A stretch of DNA of 32,535 nucleotides from Piptocephalis cylindrospora (taxonomy: Eukaryota): assembly GCA_003614145.1 (NCBI GenBank), contig KZ987746.1:1-32535 (forward strand), read 5' to 3'. Made by a program: the position numbers and the translations under genes. Under the pieces are notes generated by a model. The model made no database searches, was not told the origin of the DNA, and was given only the letters and a program-made list of their open reading frames with translations. Position 1 is the first letter of the stretch, and each line of letters starts with the position of its first letter. This document shows positions 23,927 through 32,535 of this stretch, one piece after another.

Positions 23927-24470
23927 ATGGCTCCAGTAAGTAGGAATCGCTTTTTTGCTGATCTGCCGCTCCTCACTCCTCCTCTTCCTCCCTCTTGCCC
24001 TGAGCGCAGTTTGTTCCTGTCAACCCCAAGCCCTTCCTCACCGACCTAACCGGGAAGCTTGTGTATGTCCGACTCAAGTGGGGCACAGAGTATAAGGGCT
24101 ACCTGGTCTCCACTGATTCGTACATGAATATTCAGGTAGGGATCCTTGCGTTCTGGGAGAGCATGCTTGTTTCCATCCTAGTCGCTGACGATCACTGCCA
24201 TCTCGGATCGCCGATCTTAGCTGGCCAATGCAGAGGAGTACTTGGATGGAGAATGCAAGGGAACCCTTGGTGAAGTGTTGATCCGGTAAGTAGGAGACTC
24301 TTGCTTTTTCCACTATTTCCCCCTGCTCAACCACTCACTCCTCATTTGAACCCTTGGCTTCATACTGCAGGTGCAACAATGTCATGTACGTTCGGGGTGC
24401 TCCTGATAACACCAAAGAGTCCAAGGACGAGGAGGATACGGCTTCAATGGAGGAAGGGGAAACATCCTGA
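23927..24470 (+). CDS. SMX3: Small nuclear ribonucleoprotein SmF, 99 aa, 4 exons
   Basis: Exons 23927-23935, 24010-24135, 24221-24285, 24371-24470 give [76 protein letters not shown] plus an acidic tail. [12 protein letters not shown] and IRCNNV are SmF hallmarks. Confidence 0.95.
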
Positions 24471-25049
24471 GTCTGCCCGTGTGGTCAAGCCATCGTTCTT
24501 GGCAATATGGTACATGGTTAGGATAAATCCGCAATACATAGCCCCGTCTTCCTTTTATGTCAATGTCCCAAGTCGTGTCTGATGTATTTTTGGAGAGATG
24601 TCTAGGGACCAATGTGTCTATGACTGCGTTCTGGATGTAGGTACGCTATGAATATCCTCGACCCTGATCTGCATCATTATAGAATAGCGTTCTACGACGG
24701 TAAGGGATGTTCGGCTGAACAGGTCAAGCTATCCCAATGATGGGTAGGGTCAACGCGTCCAGCGTCCTGGACCCATCCTCAGGCTTTTCAACGCGTCTCC
24801 CCAAATAAAATAGCACGCAGAAAGCACCAGAGCCTACTGTGCCCTCCCCTATCCCCTCTTAACGATATGATTCCTTTTCCATGAGGCAAAATAAAAAATG
24901 GGGCTTTGATGCATTGTAAGCCCATATTTTCTCCCCTCTCTTCCTATCCCATCCTTCTCTTCACCCACACACACACACTATCCATATCGATGAGGCGTGC
25001 CTGTCCATGACTTTAGCCTTTGCTAAACATGCGCTTTCCCTGGGGAAGA

Positions 25050-28000
25050 TCATTCTTCCCCCATGTGATCCCCTTCTTCATGGCCATCTCCCTCTTCGTT
25101 AAAGGGATACTCAAAGGGTTCGGGAATGTCGGTCTCCTCTTCCTCGGCCTCGGGATCCTCTTCATCCTCCTCATCCTCATCGTCCGTACCGCCTCGACCA
25201 AGGAGTCCAGGGCGTAGGAGGCCGGCAGGGCCTGACGCATGACCACCGGCGCCCATGGCCTCAGCCAGACTGGTGGGTCCCGACCCAGTGGTACGACCAG
25301 CACCATGTCGACCAGTGGTACTGGAGGGAGTGGCCATGGCGATGACCTTGGGCATACGTGTGGCAATGAGGGCCCTGGTCTGGTCGGGCTTATGATCCTC
25401 GAGGAGCATGACACCCAATTGAATCCTCTGACGGATGGGCGTGTACCGAGCATCGTTGGGGAAGTGAAGGTACTGGACCTGACCGGGCATGACTCGACGC
25501 ATGTTACCCACTTCCTCACTCTCGGGCTCAGGCTCGGCTTCCTCTTCGGCCTCCTCTTCCTTCTCGGCGCCCTCGACCTCCTCCCCCCCGGCGCCCTCGG
25601 TCTCCTCGCCCTCCTTGCCCTTTCCAGAGGCAGCAGCCCGCTTTGCCCGGGCTTTGGCCCTGGCGGTGGTGGAAAGAACGGCGGTGGCCACCTTTTCCAC
25701 TCGGCTCTCCTGCGGAGGCTTGATGGCAGCAGGATAGGCAAAGGTGGAGGGACGGCAGGCTGAGATGAAGGTGAAATCAGGGACGGTCAGATCTTGAGTC
25801 AGACCAATGACGGCAGTAGGGGTCAGGGCGAGGGAGAGGAAGTGGGTGAGGGGGAACCAGGACCAGAGTTGGGTGAACATCATGAGACCGACAACGGCCC
25901 CGGCGTCCAAATGGCCAGCACCACCATGGGCACCGCCCAGAGAGATGGTGCAGTTGCGGCCTCCAGCATCAATGATACCTTGGGCGAGAATGGCGCCAAA
26001 TTTAGCCAGAAGATACTCGTGTTTATCGGCAATCCGTTCCTGGAAGAGACGACGGATCGCAGTGGCCTTGGGACTGGTGTGATCAGTGTGTTGGATGAGG
26101 ATGAGGGCCAGGGAGATGAGGGCTCCTTGACGGACATAGTCCACGGGATCCTTGGTCATGGGTTCGAGTAGATCTACGGCCGCCTCCAGACCCGTACCGG
26201 CACAAGCAATGCCTAGAGCCAGAGTAGCTCCGTACCTTACGTGAGCATTGTAGGATTCACTGAGAAGTTGAACCATCCTCGGAACCTGCTCGGGCCTACG
26301 GAAGAGGATGAAGCCAAGAGAGGTAACGGCAGCCCGACGGACATCGTCATTGACATCAGAGACGGCAACGTGAAGGAGGAGACGAATGGCCGCATTGTTC
26401 CCAGTTCCGCAGTAGGCCAGACCCACCATGTGCATGGCCCCGTACCGAAGTAGAGGGTCCTTGTCTGCTTGAAGTTCCTGGATCAACGGGTCAGCCAGAC
26501 CCTCCTTACCATATTGGGTCAGGGCTAGGGAGAGACCAAGGGCCCGAATGATCTTTTCGTGCTGGGTTTCATGAGCATACTCTAGCATGTCTCGGACCAC
26601 ATCGCCCTGATCGCCATACCCAAGCATGAGAAGACCCATGCCGAGGGCAGCTCCTTCCCCCTCAACAGCGCCATCTCCGTACATGACGGACCGGAGATCC
26701 TCAAAGGCCTCTTCATCATGACTGGAGAGACCGGCAAGGCCAAGGCCAAGACAAGCACCATGACGGATGACACTGTCATCATGGGTGTTGATGACCTGAC
26801 GAAGGTACCTGAGGATCTTGGGGGTCCCTTGGTTAGCGTGGATCATACCCAGGGCATACAGAGATCCTCCCTCGCTGTGGGCAGAGGCGGAGGGGGAGGC
26901 TGCGGCAGCGCCTGGGGCAGGGGCAGTAGTGCCCTCCGACTCACCCTGGGCTTCGGCGGGGAGATAGGGCTTGAGGAGAGTCATAGATTGGTGGAGATGA
27001 CCCTTATGGATGACACCAAGGGAGGCAGTGGCGGAGAATTTGGCCCAGTTCTTGGCGCGACCCAACCATTCAAGGTTACGACGGAGGAAGCGGTCCGAGG
27101 TGGTACCGGCGTGCATGATACCATTGGAGAAGGTGACGGCGGTGTGGAAGGCCGAGTTGGTGGGGGCGCCCGAGTCCTTGGTGGCCTTGAGGATCTGAAG
27201 GTTGGTGTGGTTATTGCGGTAGAGGAACTCTAGGTAGAGCTGGACGGTGCGATCACCCTTGAGGATGTCCCGGACGTGTCCGAGGGGAGTAGTTTTCGGG
27301 TTTCTCCTTTCCTGGGTATCGCTGGTTGCCTCGGCCTCATCCTCGTTTTTAATCTCCTCGGCTTCCTGATCGGTCGGGGGAGGGAGGTGATGGAGGACCT
27401 GACGACGGAATTGCTGGGAGGCCGTGGCTTCGACATCAAAGGCGACCTGGTAAGCGATGCCAGGACCTTTGGGGAGATCCTTTTCCAGGATGGAGGAGAG
27501 CATGTCGGCACATGCCTTGGGCTCTCCTAGATGGACGTAGCAGGTTGCAGCGGTGATGAAATCCGGAGAGGGGAGGGAGCGAAGGAGGCGGGCGATGAGG
27601 CTGAGTACCTCATTTCGGAAGGTGAGGTCGGTAATGAGTTTCATGGCAACGTCCAGGACGTACTCGAGGATGGAGGGGTCCCCAGATTGGTGGATAGACT
27701 TTTCAATGATGTCCAGCCTCCTGGACTCCAGGGCAATGCCGATGGCCTAGGGAAAGGGAGGGTAGGATGAATGAATGGGGAAGAGGAGGAAGGTACTGTG
27801 TTCTCTGATGATCTTACCTGACAATATTCGCCAGAGGCGAGACACCGATCAAACATCTGTTCAACAATCCCACGTAGCCTTGGGTCCTCTTCCTTGACCT
27901 CGAGCCCCCCAGCCTTCTTACTGGAAGCGGAGGCCAGTTTGGCGGAGTAAGCAGCTTGTCGTTGAGCGGTGTACTCTTCGATAGCACGGGACACCAAGGT

Positions 28001-28459
28001 CTCAATGTAGGAGTCGGAGGAGATGGAGGGATCAAAGAGGTCACCAGCGTGCAGGGCATAGGTCAGGGATTCCTCATAAGCACCCAGATAGTAGTAGACT
28101 TTGGAGGCGACCAGAGCAGCCAGGGGCCTTGAGGGGAAATCGGTATCCTCGTAGAGGATCTCACTGAAATGCGGAAGGAAGGGGGGGAGGGGATGAGGGA
28201 TGGAGTGGAATGATAAGGAAGATCGGAGCGGATCAGAGCACTTACATTTTGGCAATCACATTGGAGATTTCAGACCAGAAGAGGGTGACTAGAGAATTGA
28301 GCTGTTGTAGGGCATAGACCTGGAGCTCCTGTTCGTCCTCGTCCAGCAGAGAGATGACGCCACCTACAGCGGGGAGAAGGGAGGGAGGATAGGTAAGTTA
28401 GATCAGTGGTTGAGAGGGGAGCCTTCCAAGGATTTACCAGCCGAGGTAAGGGTAGCCAT
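25050..28459 (-). CDS. RPN2: 26S proteasome regulatory subunit Rpn2/PSMD1, about 1060 aa, 4 exons
   Basis: Exons 28459-28438, 28363-28246, 28163-27818, 27746-25050. LTSAGGVISLLDE, LAALVASKVYYYLG, NWAKFSATASLGVIH, PC repeats (LLHVAVSDVNDDVRRAAV, SYNAHVRYG), VATAVLSTT and C-terminal PEPFEY (Rpn13-binding type motif). Confidence 0.96.
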
Positions 28460-28659
28460 GGTGGGGATGATGAGAAAGTGGGATGACGGGGATAAGAGGG
28501 GGGTTGGGGGATGGAGAGGGAAAGGATGGAGGGGGGAAGGATGGATCAAGAGGAGGAGGAAGGCTTTGTTGGTGGGAGGAGGAGAGGGTGAGGGAGTATT
28601 CAAAGGCCTAGGAAGAGGGGAACGCGGAGGTGAACACGTAGTGTGAGGATGGGCCGCTG

Positions 28660-28711
28660 AGTGTGTGTGTATATGTGTGTGTGTTATGTGTGTGTGTATG
28701 TGTGTGTGTGC
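28660..28711. repeat. Imperfect (TG)n microsatellite in the RPN2/UBX4 divergent region
   Basis: tgtgtgtgtgtatatgtgtgtgtgttatgtgtgtgtgtatgtgtgtgtgtg. Confidence 0.9.
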
Positions 28712-29202
28712 GCACTGGTGTTAGTGCTGGTGTGTAGTGGCGGTGTTGACCGATGATGATGAAGAGAGCCATAAAGGCGGGAAGGGGGGGAGCCTGAGAG
28801 TGCGAGAGCACTCCGCCCTACCTTGGCTTACAACACTGACCAAGGCTGTTGACTGACTCACCGATGAAAGTGAGCGATGGTGGGCTTTATTGCAGGGTGG
28901 GATGTGTCAGTGTGTTGGTACTGAATCCCTGGGCTTTGCACCGCTTGACTGCGATGGATATCAGGCCAGCCCCCCCTCAAGCAGCTAGTGGTAGCGCAGT
29001 AGGCTGTACTGGACGCGTCATCCAACTTTCCACGACATAGCCTTGAGATTGTGATGATTCAAGAAGAGGGGAATAGGAGGCACATCAAGGAGTTCTGGGA
29101 AAGGGGTACTTCTGTATTGTTATTATTGATCTTGCTCGAGTAGGTTCGATTCTTTTCGCTTCCTCTCTCCGACCCATCTCTCACACTCCTACAGACACCC
29201 AT

Positions 29203-30816
29203 ATGTCCTCTCACGTTGTTGTCTCTGTAGATGGAGATCCACGAGCGAAAACGGTGAAAACCACCCCGGGCATGACCCTGCACGAGCTGGGCAAGCAGGC
29301 TCTGGAACAGTCGGGCAAGGCAAAGACCTCTTCTCCCTTTAATCTCAGGTAAGATCTACCTGTGCTCTGGAGAGGTGAGCGTCCATTTGAGCAGGAAGGA
29401 CGATCCACCTGACCCTTCTCCCAATTGGATAGACAGGGCCGTACGACGCTCAACTCATCCTTGACCGTAAGACAAGCCCATCTGCCCCAGGGGGCCAAGC
29501 TAACTCTGAGCTTTACCGATGGGAGTACGCGTAAGTCTGAGGCATGAAGTGGTCCTCGACCCTCTCCCCTCATCCCTTTATCCCCATAGGAGCCGCTCTA
29601 GTATCGGTGGGGCTTCAGGTGGAGGGAAATCCGAGGGTTGTGGACAAATTCGCCTCTACATCCACCCTTCAGCACATTCTCGATTCCTTTCATCAGTCGT
29701 ATCCGTAGGTGAAGGGATCTAGTGTGTGGGGATCCCTGCCTCTCCCCCTCTCCTACTGATCCCTCTCCTCCTCTCGCACTAATCCATCTCACCCCCCCAT
29801 GATAGGGATGGTGGGATGCAGGGAAAGGTGCAGTCCCCCTCCTCCCCAGCGCAAAGCACCCTGCCAACCTGGCATGCTCCAGCCCTCCATATTCTTGGGA
29901 GGGATTACCGTGGGAGGGATACTCTGACAGGGACCACTCTGCAGGATCTGGGTCTCACCCAGGGGAATGTCGGGATCCGACTGATTTACTACCCTTCCAC
30001 CGAGGCCCCCTCGATCATCAGCCCACCCGTGTCGACTGAGGGGGAAATTACGGGAAAGGAGGGACTGAGAAAAAAGTTCATGGGCATCCCGCCCACTCGT
30101 ACTGACACCCCTCCCGTGCCGCCCCCATCCTCCTCTGAGCCGAGTCCTTGTCCCTCCACCCCGGACCATCCCGCCCGGGCCACCCAGGTCTTCCAAGCTC
30201 CCAAGGCGGGGAACATGGGTCCATTGGCGTCTAAAATCGAGCTGCCCGATGACTTTTTCACGCTCACTTCGGCAGAGCTCAAGGCGGAACTGGAGGCACA
30301 GAAGCGGAGGAGAAGCCTGGGAAATCAGGTCATCTCCAGCAAGACCAAGGAAAGCATGGGAAAGGGACGAGGGGACAAGGGAAAGAAAATGTTTCCACGC
30401 ACGTTGATCCGAGTACGGTTTCCAGATCAGGTGCAGATCCAATCGACCTTCTCCTCCTCGGACACCCTTTCTGATGTGTCGGAGTGGGTCAAGTCCTGCC
30501 TGGAGGTCTCCGAGACTCCAGTGGTCCTGTACACTTCCCCGCCCAAGTGCATCCATCGGACCGAGGATCCTGGAAGTCTTTTGGATCGAGGCTTTGCACC
30601 AGCCACGCTCCTTTACCTTCTTCCCTCTTCATCAGGTATGTTGTGCAGTCAGGGGAGGGGACGTGGGAGAGATCTTTCCTTCCTCATCCCTCATCCCTCA
30701 CCTCTCCTTTCGGTCCAGGCCAAGCACTGAATCTCAAGGAGAGTATGATGGAAAAGGCCGTCCCCATCTCCCTTGCGCGTGAAGACGGGGAGGAAAAAGA
30801 TCAAGGAGGATGTTGA
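29203..30816 (+). CDS. UBX4: Ubx4/TUG (ASPSCR1)-family Cdc48/p97 cofactor, about 428 aa, 5 exons
   Basis: Exons 29203-29348, 29433-29530, 29590-29704, 29806-30635, 30719-30816, all GT-AG and frame-consistent. N-terminal UBL (TVKTTPGMTL...LTVRQAHLPQGAKL), second UBL (TTLQDLGLTQG), ELPDDFFTLT motif and UBX domain (LIRVRFPD...QSTF...LYTSPPK...GFAPATLLY). Confidence 0.88.
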
Positions 30817-31101
30817 TAGGGGGTGCTCCATCTCAAAAGGGCATATCTCCTGGCTGGACTATATGTGGAGAAAGAGAGGGATAGAGGGCTGAACATTTCA
30901 TGGATGGGAATAGAGAAGGATGGTATCCTTATGGACAGGCCCCATTCTTGTCGGAGACGCTCTTATCGGGATGATTTGATGGATCAGCATGGGGTTCGGG
31001 ACAGGCTGGATCAGATCCACTTGAATGGGGGATAAGAAAGAGGGATGATATTCCCCGCCTTCTTCTATATCCACCATGGTTTATGATTTGACCGGGTTAG
31101 G

Positions 31102-31121
31102 CCAGACCAGACCAGACCAGA
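31102..31121. repeat. (CCAGA)4 pentanucleotide tandem repeat
   Basis: ccagaccagaccagaccaga. Confidence 0.85.
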
Positions 31122-31605
31122 TCATCTTGCCCTGTCCCTGCCCCTTGGACCCTACAGCTCGAATTGTCCTAATAAATCATCCTAAAAATCATTCATCGGC
31201 TACAAGAGTGTCTTGAAGACCTCGAAAGACAGGTGCCCAGCCAACCAATTCTACTGACGAATATATAAGAGGGGTGATTGGTGATCTGTCTCTGTTCTAG
31301 CCTATCACACCCACTGCAGTCCCACTCGTCATCACGACATGTCGGGTCACACACTTTGTAGAGTCTAGCGGGATTGGCGGTGGGCCTTTGGAGTCCGATA
31401 GCAGGTGTGCTATCTAGGGAAGGAACCTTTAGAGGTGGATGCGGGGAAGCTCGGATTCATCTTGTCAGTTCATCTGGCCTTGTCCCATTTCCCACTGGGA
31501 ATGACCCTTCAAGACCGTAAAGGAAGACATACTGCCGGCATCCCAGACTCGGAGGGGAATGCCTTTCCATCCCCGGGCCGAATGCGCTGTTTAGGGAGTA
31601 ATGGA

Positions 31606-31611
31606 TATAAA
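31606..31611 (+). promoter_or_regulatory. Putative TATA box of MET2
   Basis: TATAAA about 95 nt upstream of ATG 31704, followed by a CT-rich tract. Confidence 0.45.
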
Positions 31612-31703
31612 GACGGGAGCGCAGTAGGTCATCTTGTCCATCTCCCCATTTCCTCATCCTCTCATCCCCATCATCCCCTGGTGTCCTCCTTCCCTGCCTC
31701 TCA

Positions 31704-32402
31704 ATGTCTCCCCCACACCATTCCCCCTCCATGTCGTGCAGCATCCCCGAGGGGCTGTACATGTCGGATGCTCATCTGAGCAAAGTGCTGCCTCCAAGCC
31801 GTACCGAGGTGGTGTCGTCCATTCAAGAGACCATCCACTTTGAGGAGCACGTTTTGGAATCAGGCGATGTGGTGTCTCCGTGCCCAGTGACCTACTCGGC
31901 CTGGGGAAAACTGAATGAGGCCCGGGATAATGCCATACTGGTGTGCCACGCCTTTTCAGGGTCCTCGGAGGTATCGCAATGGTGGGGAAGTATTCTGGGA
32001 GAAGGCAGGGCCCTGGACACGAGTAAGTACTGGATCATCTGTATCAATGCCCTGGGTAGCCCGTACGGCAGCGCATCGCCCTTGACCGCTTCCGCCTCCA
32101 AGGGAGGCAGGGCTTATGGACCTGACTTTCCCCTGAGCAGCATTCGGGACGATGTGGGTGTGCAACGTAGACTCCTCGATCACTTACGTATCCCGGAACT
32201 GTATGCAGTGATCGGTGGTTCCATGGGCGGGATGGTGGCATTGGAATGGGCGGTGATCTATGGATCCGGCTATGTCCGACGTCTTTTACCCATCAGTACC
32301 TCGGGTCGGATCTCTGCCTGGGCCATTGGATGGAATGAAATTCAACGACGGACCATCGCCTCGGATCCTCTCTTCCTCGACGGGCATTATCCCGAGGATA
32401 AG
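31704..32402 (+). CDS. MET2: Homoserine O-acetyltransferase (Met2), 5' part only; gene incomplete at window end
   Basis: Absent from the ORF track because there is no stop before the edge. Manual translation from ATG 31704 (or 31731) gives PVTYSAWGKLNEARDNAILVCHAFSGS, WWGSILGEGRALDTSKYWIICINALGSPYGS, YGPDFP, catalytic-Ser motif VIGGSMGGMVALEW, SAWAIGWNEIQRRTIASDP. Likely intron donor GTGGGT at 32403. Confidence 0.92.
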
Positions 32403-32421
32403 GTGGGTAGAGGGAGGCAAT

Positions 32422-32453
32422 GGGGAGGGGGGGGAGGGGGGGGGGGGGGGGGG
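32422..32453 (+). repeat. Poly-G tract (G4-A-G8-A-G18)
   Basis: ggggaggggggggagggggggggggggggggg just after the presumed MET2 intron donor. Confidence 0.9.
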
Positions 32454-32535
32454 CATGACATTTCCCCGATTTCATGCTGTTTCCGTGCCAAGCAGCAGGC
32501 CACCAGAGAGCTGCAGCAACGAGTAGCGGCGCTCA

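Noticed and set aside
25013..27233. Overlapping 242-aa same-strand and several antisense ORFs within RPN2
   Set aside because: Codon-bias and low-complexity artefacts of the real RPN2 frame.
28785..28846. TPP riboswitch call
   Set aside because: Only CTGAGA and partial P2/P4-like pairing; lacks P3, UGAU, UAAU loop and GCG; neighbours are not thiamine genes. Kept only as an unassigned structure.
28968..29152. tRNA-like pieces (GCTAGTGGTAGC D-arm-like, CTGTA, GGTTCGATTC)
   Set aside because: Spacing is wrong and no acceptor or T stems can be formed; not a tRNA.
29789..30556. 255-aa antisense ORF
   Set aside because: Antisense to UBX4 exon 4, which carries the conserved domains.

Overview
Eukaryotic, gene-dense fungal DNA with short (about 60-110 nt) spliceosomal introns and C/T-rich tracts ahead of most start codons. 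The style suggests an early-diverging fungus, possibly a Zoopagomycota such as Piptocephalis; this is inference only. I reconstructed 11 protein-coding genes by hand-splicing: THADA/Trm732 (-, 9 exons), a Gly/Ser-rich secreted orphan (-), a long-chain fatty acyl-CoA ligase (-) broken by a +1 frameshift in a C8 run, Msp1/ATAD1 (+, with a GC-AG intron), a kinesin-8 (-), a cytochrome P450 (-), a 371-aa intronless secreted orphan (+), SmF (+), Rpn2 (-), Ubx4/TUG (+) and a partial Met2 (+) that runs into a poly-G tract at the window end. I found no transposon, CRISPR array, rRNA or convincing tRNA. The best leads are: the P450 / hairpin-rich spacer / secreted-orphan block, the acyl-CoA ligase frameshift, the two secreted orphans, and three intergenic segments with nested base-pairing potential. 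No new biological system can be demonstrated from sequence alone.
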